In this document: positions 39,691 through 52,746 of the stretch, one piece after another
Numbering within the stretch: the first letter of the stretch is position 1
How the letters are laid out: every line of letters begins with the position of its first letter
From: the human T2T-CHM13v2.0 reference genome, Homo sapiens
Assembly (NCBI RefSeq): GCF_009914755.1
Contig: NC_060933.1
Strand: one strand, 5' to 3'
DNA: 64,000 nucleotides
Made by a program: the position numbers and the translations under genes
The notes under the pieces: generated by a model
The model's input: the letters and a program-made list of their open reading frames with translations, nothing else
Databases searched by the model: none
What the model was told of the DNA's origin: nothing

Positions 39691-41549
39691 CTGAAGGTTT
39701 AAGAAGCTTTGTGGGTTAGAGAAATACTAAGGTCTGAAAAAGCCAGAGAAGAGATCATGGAGAGGGTGTGAGCTGAGCTAGGAAGGATGTGGAGGATTTG
39801 GAAGGGCAAAAAGATAAAGTGAGGACCCGGTGAGAGAGAAATAGAGAGGTACTGACCAGTCTCATGCTTCCATGAAACCGTAACAACACTTGGGCTTTTT
39901 CGTTCGTTCTTACCTTAGAGGCACATGGTAAAAGCTAGGTTTTTCAGGTTTTTGGTCATGGTTCTAGGCTACGGTTCCATGAAGCTCAGATTTGTTAGGT
40001 GATCTTGAGGCTTAAAAATGAAATAGTGAGTCTTTTCTTCTATTTGCCCCAGTTGAGCCATTTCTGAGTATAATATCTTCTGATTTACTTCATTTTACTG
40101 GAAAAGGTCAAATGATTTATGATTTATAACATTATAGCTGTGATTTCAGTTAGATGAATCAGATAGTAAATCATAATCACAGAAAAACAATCAACAGCCT
40201 TGTAGATCAGTCAGAGAATATTCTACCTGAAATTTCCAGTATAAAAAGAGAAGTCAATAAAGGTTTTGGAGAGTAATAAAAAACCTTTTTCAGAAATGTA
40301 GTCATTAAAATAACTTCCTATAATCTTCCCCACTAGAAATAAACTCGGAAAGGGACTGGAAACAGCAATGGCTGGAAACACAGTGTACTATCTTGCCGAT
40401 GAGAAGTGCCAACCATAGACACCGATGAAGATGCATAAGTTTTATTTCCAGGAATTCAGCCAGGGGTATAAATGAGGAAGTTAGACATTGGTGACTATGG
40501 GTCTTAGGTCTACTTTGCTTGTAAACGTTGACTTTCATGTCTATTTTTCCCTTGCTAGTTTGAGAAAATATAAATGTATTGAAATGTAAAGATACTAAAT
40601 ACAAAAAGCAAGTTGAAAAATCTGCAAATAAGCCTATTAAATATATGCTTATGAATAAAAGCTTTAGAATTCTGAGAAATATGCACCAAACTTCTAACAG
40701 TTATCTAAAGTGTGAGGATGGAGAAGTGTGGAAAATTAGAACTTCCTTACTATCCATTGTTCCTTATATGTTTTAATAGTAGCAATATTTATTAACACAG
40801 TCTTTACTATGCACTCTTCTTAGTCTTTGATTCACAGAAATGTCTATTTTAAATTATTACCATGGTTATTTTGACCATAGGTCTCCATAGCAAATATTAG
40901 ATTGGCTGACATTTATTTTTACTCATTTCTGTGAAGTTTTTTACTTTTACTTATTATCTTTATTCTTGATATAGGCCATTTGTTAAATATCTGTTTGTCA
41001 ATTTAAGTTCATATTTGTAGTATGACTTTTTATTTAAACTTTCAAAAGTAAAAAAAAGGCCTTACCAGGCCAGATTTCCTGATTTCTGATTTTAAAAATG
41101 TTAATCCAAACCTGTTATTACCGTATTTACTTCGCCTTTTTTCCTGCCCCAACCTCTCTAGAAAGAAATATCCTTTTCCTTCCTCTAAATTATTTCTCAC
41201 CAGCAGTTACTTTGTCTTCTTTGTTGCAGCAGAAAAATACCTACTCTACAGGCTGAGGTCAGAGCCACCAAAAGAGCACAAATGACCCTTTTTCTGAGCA
41301 GCAGGAATTTAGGTAGAGGTGTTGACCCCGTTAGATGATCTGATCAAGTCTTGAGAGGAAGTGAGTGGTATGTTTGGAACATATAGAGTCAGATGCAAGA
41401 TTGGGGAACCAAAGTGTATCCTGGAGTAGCTATAAGTCCTTAATTGATCCTTTAGGCTATGGGTGAGCAAGAAATTAAATAAACAGATTCTAAAATATAA
41501 GTAGATTAAATAGATTCTAAAATATAAAGAAAACATGCAAGACAAGAAA

Positions 41550-41785
41550 ACTAGTATCTATTGAGAGTTGACTATACCACATACAGTATACTATTATACT
41601 ATTTACACTATTATGTAAATTTTCACAATGACTTTGAAAGCAAGAAATAAGCATCTCTCTTTTGAAGATGAGGAAAACTGAGTCACTGAGAAATTACGGA
41701 GATTGCCGAGGGGACACGCTCAGTAAGTGGAGAGCCAAGATTTGAACCCCTATCTATCTGCCTCCTTACTTTTTTATACTATACA
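41550..41785 (-). mobile_element. MIR SINE
   Basis: ttttgaagatgaggaaaactgagtcactgagaa...agtaagtggagagccaagatttgaaccc. Confidence 0.85.
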
Positions 41786-43889
41786 ATAATACCTTAATTC
41801 AAGTCAATATTCAACCTCACCATTCTAAGTAAATGACTGTATCACTTACAGCATCTGCTATTAACTATAGAGTCTGGATTGATAAGGTTCAGTTTGTTCC
41901 TTTAATATAAGTGTAAATATTTTCAGCCTTACAAGTACAGGTAAAAAGGTTAATGATCTGAACTGTTCAGAGTGAAACCATCTTCACAGTACTTCTTACA
42001 AACAAAATCACACTGGCTTTCCTAATCCAATTTCAGCAAGAGAAAATGTTTCTTAAAAGACAGTAAGTCATGGTAAGGTCCTATAACCTATCAGCTGTTA
42101 CTGTCCTTTGCACCTCCTGTCCTCGGGTGCTAGACTGCTGTCTGCCTCCCCAGTGCAGTGTGCAAAGGGCTTTATTATTACCAGCTGAGAGCCAAGGCAG
42201 CTGAAGGGTACACTGTCACTACAGTTTGCTCCCCCACATGTCAACATATTCTGAAAGCTACTGACATCTGATTTTAACTCCTTGCTGCCTTCTGTTCCTC
42301 TGACTTTGACAGATTTTAATGAGACAAATGCTAGCTGTGGGTTTCCTTTTTCCACCTTCCCCTACCTCACCCCTCAGGAACTCACTTTTCTGCTGCCATC
42401 CTTTGTGAAACGGCAAACTAAATATGAAAAACTGCTGATAAGGAGGAATAGACTTATGCCCAGAGGATAAACTTAACAGAGCTCACCTAGCCTGGCTGGC
42501 ATTGACCCCTGCCTCTACATTTTTAGTACATGTCTCATAAAAGAGAAACTGCCTGTGCTTCTAGGATTCTTTTATATAAGTGCCAGGAGATGTGTCAAGT
42601 ACAACTTGCTTCTCCAACATATTGATACATTTAGAGTTTTTAAAGAAAACTCAAGTGAGTCAGCAGGTATACTCTCAAGCCACATACCTAGGAGGATGCT
42701 CAGAATAACTACCCTTTACTGAGCACCATACTACTATGACTCCATAAGACCAGCTTGGGCTCAGAAAGACCTGTGTCCAAAATCACACTTCAATCACTTG
42801 GGGAATCTTCTTCAAAGAGTTTGAAAAATTCCCTTGCATATGGCAGACCTCCAGCTAGGTAAAGAGAATTACTGTGACCCCCTCTATCCCCTCATTTCCC
42901 ACCAGGTTTCCTAATATCTCAATTTAGAAACTGAAGGTTGGGGGCAGCTGGAAGAGAAGACCGTAGAAATCATGAGTAAGTGGAAGACGACTCTTGGGGC
43001 CCAAGGGGACTGTGCCTTGCTTGTCTGGAAAACAACCACTCAGGCATATTGCCCTTCAGTACAGAACCATGGGATGTCTTCAGGGCAAGGGTTCTGAGGT
43101 AGTGCACACCATACCCTATAGCTTGACCAAAGCACGCTAGAGAATGAGAAGTCCCACATGCCCCAATCGGAGAAAAAAAGGAATGAAATGCCCTGGTGTA
43201 CGGACAGGTGGTCCAGAACATGAGATCATCATGACTGATGGCGGTGATAAAATATTCAAACATCAGCAGTTGCTGGTCCATGCCCAAGGGCCAGATGGGA
43301 CCCATTTCATCACCAGCAGAGACTGGACAAGGACACAGAAGCTAGGGAGCCCTCCTCCTGGAACCACGATGTTGTTTTTGAAAGCTTCCCTCTGTGCACA
43401 GATGTCTTCCCAAAGAAAGGAAGAAGGAAAGGGAAGGGGAAGAAGCCTTCAAAGACAGTGCTTTATCCCAAAGTGAATAGATTGAGACTGAGATAATAAC
43501 ATTTAAATTGACTAGAAAAAAATCAGCATAACAAAATGGAGTAGAATAGACTATATGCTCTAGGACAGACTGAGGGTTAAGTGCAAAACTAAGTTTTGAA
43601 TTGCAGAGTGTGCTAGTATTACCTGATAAACATATTGCTTCTATTTCTCTCTAAATATTGCTAAAAATTATTGAACAGAACTGCACAAAAGGGAGTTTGG
43701 CACACTTATGACCAAAAATTTTTCCTAAGATGACATTAAACCACAAATCAATATCCACTGGTTATATTGGTTCAACCAGTAACCAACACAGTATATTTAC
43801 AGTCACCCATTGTGCTCCAGATGTCCCATGAGGACATCAGTAAAGATTTTGGCCATTGCCTGGCTAAAATCAACATACACAAAATCTAG

Positions 43890-44135
43890 ATAGAGTGTGG
43901 TATAAGAAACAAGTGTAGGTTGTGGAGTTAGAAAATCTCTCTTTAAATTCCACAATTTACTAGGAAGATTGTAAAAATTTACTTAACTCCTCTATGATTT
44001 CTTTTTTTAAAAGTTTTCTTGTTTGTAAATTGAGGGACAAATTCACTAATAACACCTGATTCAAGACTTGCTATTATGATCAGCTGAGGTTACACATTTT
44101 ATAAATATTAATCACCATATAGATATTGGTTATTA
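43890..44135 (+). mobile_element. MIR SINE
   Basis: agtgtggtataagaaacaagtgtaggttgtggagttaga...tttacttaactcctctatg...gtttgtaaattgagg. Confidence 0.7.
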
Positions 44136-44945
44136 TCTCTTAATAAATGGATGTCTTATTTAAATCTCATTATTTTAAGAAAGAAATGGTGTGTCTGTTA
44201 CCCGTCTTTGTAATAAACTCATATTGACTTCCAGTGATCTCCATTTAATTTTTCAAGTACTTATAAACCATCCATTTTTAAAAATTCATCCAAAAATTTT
44301 TCCAAGGGAAGTTTCAGAAATCCTTTGTCTTTCCTACTACTTTTGAAAATAAGGACTTTTTGGCATGTCTCCAGTTCTTAATAATTCCATGGAGATTATT
44401 GGCATGGCTGAATGATCACATTTAGAATTATTTCAAGTTTCCCGATACATTAATAATTAGAGCCTAAAGACTTGGGCATAAGTTTTGCTATCTGGTTCAC
44501 TCCTCAACTAACCTGTGCTTTTCCTACATCAAGGGAAACACACAAACCTCCAAGCCATGTAGGTTTGCTCCTCTTCAGTTTAAAGATAATATTCCTTAAC
44601 ACAGAAGAGAAGACAAATGGAAAGTTAAGAGCTTTGCTTTCTCTTAATTTTCTTGTAATAGCATAGCTTGCCACTAAAAGTGAGCTGTTTCTTCCCCGTT
44701 TCTCTTGCTTGCCCTGAACTAAGCTTACAGTGGGCTCTGTCCTTTCTGACACTGACACCTTCTTGAGAGCAGGGCTCCTCTTTGGCAGCTCTCTTTGGTC
44801 ATGAGCCCCTCCTGCCACCTTCAGCACATGTTCATGTCAAAAAGAAATTGTCTTCAGAGACAGTCCATGCAGAAAAATTCTTGGCATTCGAGAGAAAACT
44901 CCAGGTACCAAATTGGAGCCCAGATTGTTAGGGATACTGACTAAT

Positions 44946-45127
44946 AGCTTTGTAGTTAACTAGTCTCAAGTTCAAATCCTAGTTCTTACAATCTACAGCC
45001 GTATATCCTTGGGAAATAAAAATATCTCTCTAAGCCTTAGTTTTCTCATCTGAAAAAAAAAAAGAAAAAATAAAGCCTATATCATCAAATCATATAGGAC
45101 TAAATGTGATGATGTATTTTAAAGTCC
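44946..45127 (+). mobile_element. MIR-derived segment, local duplicate of 50391-50572
   Basis: 182-bp ungapped match to 50391-50572, ~85% by hand. Confidence 0.85.
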
Positions 45128-45176
45128 ACCAGCACTGTCATCCTGCTCTGGCGGAAACATAAAGAAGCGTGGTAGA

Positions 45177-46591
45177 TGACTTCAAACTATGCTACAGGGT
45201 TACAGTCACCAAAACGGCATGGTACTGGTACCAAAACAGGGATATAGACCAATGGAACAGAACAGAGGCCTCATAAATAACACCACACATCTACAACCAT
45301 CTGATCTTTGACAAACCTGACAAAAACAAGAAATGGGGAAAGGATTGCCTATTTAATAAATGGTGCTGGGAAAATTGGCTACCGTGTGTAGAAAGCTGAC
45401 ACTGGATCCCTTCCTTACACCTTATACAAAAATTGACTCAAGATGGATTAAAGACTTAAAGGTAAGACCTAAAACCATACAAATGCTAGAAGAAAACCTC
45501 AGCAATACCATTCAGGACATAGGCATGGGCAAAGACTTCATGACTAAAACACCAAAAGCAATGGCAACAAAAGCCAAAATTGACAAATGGGATCTAATTA
45601 AATTAAAGAGCTTCTGCACAGCAAAAGAAATTATCAGCAGAATGAATAGGCAACCTATAGAATGGGAGAAAAATTTTGCAATCTATCCATCTGACAAAGG
45701 GCTAATATCCAGAATCTACAATGAACTCAAACAAATTTACAAGAAAAAACCCCATTGAAAAGTGGGCAAAGGATATGAACAGACACTTATCAAAAGAAGA
45801 CATTTATGTAGCCAACAGACATATGAAAAAATGCTCATCATCACTGGTTATTACAGAAATGCAAATCAAAACCACAATGAGATACTATCTCACACCAGTC
45901 AGAATGGCAATCATTAAAAAGTCAGGAAACAACAGATGCTGGAGAGGATGTGGTTAAATAGGAACGCTTTTACACTGTTGGTGGGAATGTAAATTAGTTC
46001 AACCATTGTGGAAAACAGTGATTCCTCGAGTGATTCCTCAAGGATCCAGAACTAGAAATACCATTTGACCCAGCCATCCCATTACTGGGTATATACCCAA
46101 AGGATTATAAATCATGCTACTATAAAGACACATGCACACCTATGTTTATTGTGGTACTATTCACAATAGCAAAGACTTGGAACCAACCTAAATGTCCATC
46201 AATGATAGACTGGATAAAGAAAATGTGGCACATATACACCATGGAATACTATGCAGCCATAAAAAATGATGAATTCATGTCCTTTGCAGGAACATGGATG
46301 AAGCTGGAAACCATCATTCTCAGCAAACTATCACAAGGACAGGAAACCAAACACTGCATGTTATCACCCATAAGTGGGAGTTGAACAATGAGAACACGTG
46401 GACACAGGGAGGGGAACATCACACACCAGGGCCTGTCGGGGCGGGGGTGCTGGCAGAGGGATAGCATTAGGAGAAATACCTAATGCAAATGACGAGTTGA
46501 TGGGTGCAGCAAACCAACAGGCACATGTATACCTACGTAACAAACCTACACGTTGTGCACATGTACCCCAGAATTTAAAGTATGATACAAA
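45177..46591 (+). mobile_element. 5'-truncated L1PA (L1PA6-like), ~1.4 kb
   Basis: ORF2 C-terminal fragments and 3' UTR; 16-bp TSD aaagaagcgtggtaga (45161-45176) / aaagaagcatggtaga (46592-46607). Confidence 0.95.
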
Positions 46592-46964
46592 AAAGAAGCA
46601 TGGTAGAAAAGAAATGAATTCACATTCATGTATAAGTATAAAGGCAGAAAATAAAACTTCATGATAAGAACCAAAATGGTAACAATAGGTATACATTGGG
46701 CCACAATCTTTTTACTTGTCTGAATGTTCTAAGATTCCTTTAAGAGGCAACTATTCCTTTTAAAGTTGATTTGTAAAATGAGCTTAATAGTTCAGTCCTC
46801 TCTGCAAAAAGATAAGGCAGGATTTTTTTTAACTCTCATGTTTTAAAAAGTCTCTTAGAAGAAACACTCCCTGGGGAGACCACAGTTTTGAACTGAACCT
46901 AAAATCTAGATCTACCTTAGTGGCTCGTACCTGGACTTGGGAAAAGGAATTCTATCTTCACGGG

Positions 46965-47640
46965 AGCATTTAGTGAGCTCTGATTGTGTAAACATCCCAA
47001 AGATAGGTGTGGGGAGAACTAAGTATCATAGCTGATTCCTGACCTCAGGGAGTGTTTGGCACAGCTGGAAAGAGAAGATTAACCATAATATAAGTAAGTG
47101 CCCTATTTTGTATTATGGATCATAAATATAAGAAAGAAGATCACAGAAGTTGTGATGAGTGCAGAGTGAAGCAGGATGTCCTCAAAACTGCTTTCTACAG
47201 AAACACAGCCATGTTCCTTTGGAGAGTTGCTTACTGGCAACTAAACTATATTGCTTACTAGCATGTTGGAGGCTCTGAGAAGACAGCAGAAAAGGAACCT
47301 GCTTAACTTTGAATAACAATTATTTCCTAAACATACTTGACAACAGAAGCTCCTTTTTAGGGAATGCTTTTAGCAACTTGTAGAGTTGCCCAACCTCAGA
47401 GCTAATGCTAGCAAGAACAGATTCATGCAGGATATGCACTTGCTCTGGGCCTTGAAGAATGGGTAACTTTTAGATGAGCAGAGGATGGAAGAGGCTTCAG
47501 AGGATGGAATCATTTGGGGGATGAAAGCATAGACTCAAGACATATCTATGGTCAGGACTGATCTTGAGAGCTAGAGGTAGGCCTAGAGGGAGAGAGGGAA
47601 AGGGTCAAGTAGCCCCAGATTATAAGGTTCAGAAGAGTGT
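46965..47640 (-). mobile_element. L2 fragments interrupted by a Charlie-like hAT relic (~47180-47390)
   Basis: catttagtgagctctgattgtgt...ttcctgacctcagggag; ctgggccttgaagaatgggtaacttttagatgagcagag; hAT motif ggctctgagaagacagcagaaaaggaacctgcttaacttt. Confidence 0.5.
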
Positions 47641-47721
47641 AGATCAATGGTTTTCAAAATGCAAACCTTGTATCACCTGCATCAGAATTTCACTGGTGCT
47701 AGTTAAAAAGTACTCAGCCCC

Positions 47722-49187
47722 ATCAAACTCAAAAGCTTCTACATGGTGAAGAAAACAATCAACAGAGTGATTGAGAGAAATACAATTACAGAATGGGAGA
47801 AAATATTTGCAAACCATACATCTGATAAGGGGTTAATACACAAAATGTGTAAGGAACTCAAACTACTCAATGATAAGAAAACAAATAACCCAATTTAAAA
47901 ATGGGCAAAGAACCTGAATAGACAGTTCTCAAAAGGAGACATACAAATGGCCAACAGGTTCATGAAAAAATGCTCAGCCACATTAATTATCACGGAAATG
48001 GAAATTAAAACTACAATGAGATATTACCTCATACCTGTTTGAATGCCTATTGTCAAAAAAAGCAAAAGATAGGCTGGGTGCAGAGGCTCACGCCTGTTAA
48101 TCCCAGCACTTTTGGAGGCTGAGGCGGGCAGACCACGAGATCAAGAGAAACGAGACCATCCTGGCCAACATGGTGAAACCCTGTCTCTACTAAAATTACA
48201 AAAATTAGCCGGTATGCTGGTGGGCCCCTGTAATCCCAGCTACTCAGGAGGCTGAGGCAGGAGAATCACTTGAACTCAGGAGGTGGAGGTCTCAGTGAGC
48301 TGAGATCACGCCACTGCACTCCAGCCTGGCAACAGAGCGAGACTCCATCTCAAACAAACAAACAAAAACAACAAAAACAAAATAAAACAAAAAACACAAA
48401 AGATAACAAGTGCTGGTGAGGTTGTGAAGGAAAGGAAGCCCTTGCATAGGCTGATGGGAATGTAAACTAGTACAACCATATGGAGAACAGTATGGAGGGT
48501 CCTCAAAAAATCAAAAATAGAACTACCATATGTGATCCAGCAATCTCACTGCTTGAGTATATATCCAAAGGAAATGAAATCAGTATGTCAAACAGATAAC
48601 TACACTCTCATGTTCACTGCAGTGTTATTCATGATAGTTAAGACATGGAATCAACCTAGTGTCCATCACAGATGAATGGATTAAAAAAAATGTGGCATAT
48701 ATACACATAAAATACTATTCAACCTAAGGAAATCTTGTCATTTGCAACAACATGGATATATCTGGAGGACATTATGCTAAGTGAAATAAGTCAGGCACGG
48801 AAAAACAAATACTCCATGATCTCACTTACATATGAAATCTAAAAAAGCTGAACTTACGCAAGCAGAGTAGAATGGTGGTTATCTGTGTTGAGCAGGGAGG
48901 GATGTTGGGGAGATGTTGGTCAAAGGATACAAAATTGTATTTAGAGAGGAGGAATAAGTTCAAGAGATCTATTATGCAACATGATGACTATACTTAACCG
49001 TGTATCGTATTCTTAAAAATTACCAAGTGTTCTCACCACACAAAAAGTATGGGAGGTAATGCATATGTTAATTAGCTTGATTAGGACATTCCACAATGCA
49101 TCCATATTTCAAAACATCATATTGTACACAATAAATATATACAATATTATTTGTTAATATAAATAAATTTTAAAAAAAGAAAAAACA
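47722..49187 (+). mobile_element. L1MA (L1MA5/6-like) 3' end, interrupted by AluSc
   Basis: ORF2 C-terminus plus 3' UTR gatgttggtcaaaggatacaaaatt...ggaggtaatgcatatgttaattagcttgatt. Confidence 0.9.
48072..48395 (+). mobile_element. AluSc-like
   Basis: cacgagatcaagaga..gagaccatcctggccaacatggtg diagnostic region; (CAAA)n tail; TSD core caaaagata. Confidence 0.93.
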
Positions 49188-49503
<316 letters not shown>

Positions 49504-49846
49504 TTACTCAGCCCCCAACCTCAGATCTACTGAAGGCGGTCCTGATAATTTGCATTTTAAAATAGCCCCCAAGGTGACTCAAGCACTCTAAAGTTTGTAG
49601 AGACTGGAAGCCAGGTAGGGAAGGGGGTAAAAAGCTAGATTTGATTGCAAAATGAAGCTTAATTGGAAAAGCAGACACCCCCACACTCAGGCATTTATTT
49701 ATCTGAGATGTACTGAACTCCAGCTGTATGCCAGTCCCTCTCCAAGGTCTCAGTTTGCTTTGCTTTTGTGATTGGAAGAAAACTGGTTCCTGGCCTCTTG
49801 GGGCTTACACCAAGTGGTCAATTAAAATACATGTATTGTTTAGGAG

Positions 49847-49977
49847 CCTTGGAGTTCTGTCTTGGGTGCCATGATGAGGCTTCCTTAGCTCACTTTCTGA
49901 GGAGGGGGCCGGCCTTAAGAATAATGAGTCCACTGTGAGCACATAGCGTAATAGGGGGGACTCTTTAGGAGCTCCAA
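49847..49977 (+). repeat. Local direct duplication (pairs with 52062-52194)
   Basis: Shared 24-bp perfect core ttccttagctcactttctgaggag; ~80% overall. Confidence 0.9.
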
Positions 49978-50384
49978 TGGCCCCTGATCATTTGACCAGT
50001 CTTGAAAATTTGATGTCCACCTTGTTTCTGAGGCTCATCTCTACCTAGTGCCATATTCAAAGAAGTAGATTTTTGCCCCAGTCGATTTCCCTGTGCCTCT
50101 ATCCTGTTTAACCTGCTTATCTCTGAACACTTATCTCTGTAGTGTCTCTTCTGACCATTCTGACTGAGATATTCTAACCGGGGCCCTACTTACTGTCTGG
50201 CTTACCTCCCTGGTACGGACTCTCTCTTCACCATCTGTCTTCCTGGAGCCACATGGATGGCTACCCCCAGATTCTCAACCACTTTGCCTGGACCACCTCC
50301 CTACTCCAACACATTGAACTCATCCTTTGCCAGCTACCTACCTGAACTACAACCTACTTTTGCTGTTGATTCAGGTGATTTTGT

Positions 50385-50625
50385 AGAGTCAGCTTTATGG
50401 TTAAGCATTCCCAAGTTCAAATCCTAATTTTTACAATCTCCAACCGCACCTCCTTGGAAAATGAAAATATATCTTTAAGCCTTGGTTTTCTCATCTGAAA
50501 AAAAAAGAGGAAAAATAATGCCTATCTCCTCAAATTATATAGGATTAAATGTTATGATATATTTTAAAGTCCTAGTACAAAGCCTGGCACAGAGTAAGTA
50601 TTTAATCAACGAGAGACATTTTTAT
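50385..50625 (+). mobile_element. MIR SINE (longer copy of 44946-45127)
   Basis: MIR core plus tail tagtacaaagcctggcacagagtaagtatttaat. Confidence 0.8.
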
Positions 50626-51239
50626 TCATCTTGGGCATCTTTACCCTCCAGATTATAATTTTCCTTTAGCAATTACATCCATGCCTGTTTCTACAACTTC
50701 ATTCTGACCTTTGGGCAGGGGTGTGGGTGGGAGTGGAGCATGGGGATCAAGTTCTGAGTCTTGTCCCTATGCACACTCTCCAAAAATGGCATCTCTATGA
50801 AGATTTTTTAAAGTAATATGCTGACTAGACTAGAAAAGGCATTTTGAGGGAAAGCTAGGCCTGGAGACAGTGCTCCCTGTCTCATGAGCCAGCAGAGCTG
50901 GTCCTATTCTCCCCCATCCCCATCCCATCCCATCCATGCACCCAGGCTTATTTCCAGTGGTGTCAGAACCTGGCTTGGCCCCTAGCACCATTCTATAATG
51001 GAACAGATCTTGGCTGACCTCAAATATGGCATTGTTTTGATATGCCCATAGGTTCTACATAAGACCTACTTTTTAAAAACAAAGTTTTTTTTTATCATTC
51101 ACTTAATTACCCAGTAATTTGCCAATCAAAACTTGGTGGACATTTTTCAGAACAGATAGTAAAAGAGAGAATTCTCTGCCTTTATTTTCTCCTTTTCCTG
51201 ACCCCCCGTTGCTTACTCAACCAAGTCCAAACTTCTGAG

Positions 51240-51840
51240 CCTGGAGTACAAAGTCCTGAATGATCACGCTCACTTTGCCTACCTCAACAGCCTCATCTCA
51301 TGCCCTTCCTCTATTCTTCAGCTCTCAGCTGCAGTCATGCTTCAATTCTTGCAGTTCTAGAACTTCCTCTCTCCAAATCTCTTTGTTCATGCTGCTCTGT
51401 CTCCCTGCCTACATTCTCTCCAGTTCTTTACCTGGAAAACTTTCATTCAAAGTTGAAGACTCTGTCCAGGGGTCACTTCCTCTAGGAGTCATTCCCTCTC
51501 CTTCTCCCATTCTTAGCTAGGTGCATTCCTTTGCACCCACGACATCTGAGCATCTTGTGGCAATGCACTTCTCAGACCACACCATAATTAATCATCTGTT
51601 TATGGTCAGTCTCCCCTAGACCCTTGCTACTCAAAGTGTTAGAAATGCAGAATCTCTATGCCCACCTCAGACCCACTGAATCAAAATTTTAATTTTCTCA
51701 GGATCCCACATGATTCCTCCGCTCATGAAAATGTGGAAAGTCTGCTTTAACAGTTAGACTGTGCAGATCCTCAGGAGGTGGGACTGTCTTTCATCTCTGA
51801 AGCCCCAACAATAGCACAGTACTTGGCACATCATAGGGCT
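51240..51840 (+). mobile_element. L2 3' region with a MER5 insertion (~51620-51750)
   Basis: ctctttgttcatgctgctctgtctccctgcc...tcacttcctctaggag...agcacagtacttggcacatcatagg; MER5 ctactcaaagtgttagaaatgcagaatctc. Confidence 0.75.
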
Positions 51841-52061
51841 GAATTTGGCATCATGCCTGTGTCCTGATCCCCACCTGGCCTCTTGGATTGGTTTTCTATC
51901 CTGTCAGAAGAGGATTAGAGTCAGAAGCTCTTTTCAAGGGAGGCCTTGTAGAATTTCTGCTACAAACAGTGTCCATGCGACAAGGTGCATCCCCAAATTA
52001 GAGAACACTCTCCACTTCTCTTCCAGGGATCCAGTGCTGCTGGACAGTGGACCCCTGGTTT

Positions 52062-52194
52062 CCTTGGAGTTCCCATCTTGGGTGCCATCATGAGGTTTCC
52101 TTAGCTCACTTTCTGAGGAGTGGGCCAGCCTTAACAATAGGGAGTCTGCTGTGAACAAATGGGGTGGGTCAGGGGCACCCATTAGGAACTCCAA
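52062..52194 (+). repeat. Local direct duplication (pairs with 49847-49977)
   Basis: See partner copy. Confidence 0.9.
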
Positions 52195-52258
52195 GTAACA
52201 CTTTAGGGATCATTGCAGGAGCCAAAGGTCCTGCATGAGCAAATGAGAGCAAGAGTAG

Positions 52259-52746
52259 TGTGGTAAGCAGAATAATGGCTCCCCAGCTACATCCACATTC
52301 TAATTCTCAAAATCTGTGAGTGTTACTTTACATTTATGTATATGGTGAAAAGGGCTTGAAAATTTTATTAAGGATTTTGAAATGGGGAGAATAGCCTGAA
52401 ATGATCTTGGTGGGCTTGATGTAGTCACAGTGGTCCTTACAAGAGGGAGGCAGAAGGGTCAGAGTCAGGTAAGTTGGGGAAATGACAACAGAAGCAGGAG
52501 CTAGGATGACGGGAGAAGAAGCCACGAGCTAAGGAATGAAGATGGCCTCTAGAAACTGGAAAAAGCAAGGAAACAGATGCTCCCTAGAGCTGCCTAAAGG
52601 AACGAGTCCTGCTGGCACATGGATTGTAGCCCAGTAAAACTGATGGTAGGCTTCCAGCCTCCAGAAATGTAACAGGAAAAATGTGTGCTGTTTTAAGCTA
52701 CCAAATTTGTAGTAATTTGTTACAGCAGCATTGGGAAATTAATACA
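52259..52746 (+). mobile_element. MaLR solo LTR (MLT1D-like)
   Basis: tgtggtaagcagaataatggctcccc...gtaatttgttacagcagcattgggaaattaataca; perfect 5-bp TSD agtag (52254-58 / 52747-51). Confidence 0.93.

Noticed and set aside
41480-41527. 21-bp near-tandem repeat taaa(c/t)agattctaaaatataa
   Set aside because: Real but a trivial AT-rich slippage product.
42970-43476. Opposing 110-111 aa ORFs in a GC-richer patch, considered as a processed pseudogene
   Set aside because: No recognisable parent protein, poly(A) tail or TSD.
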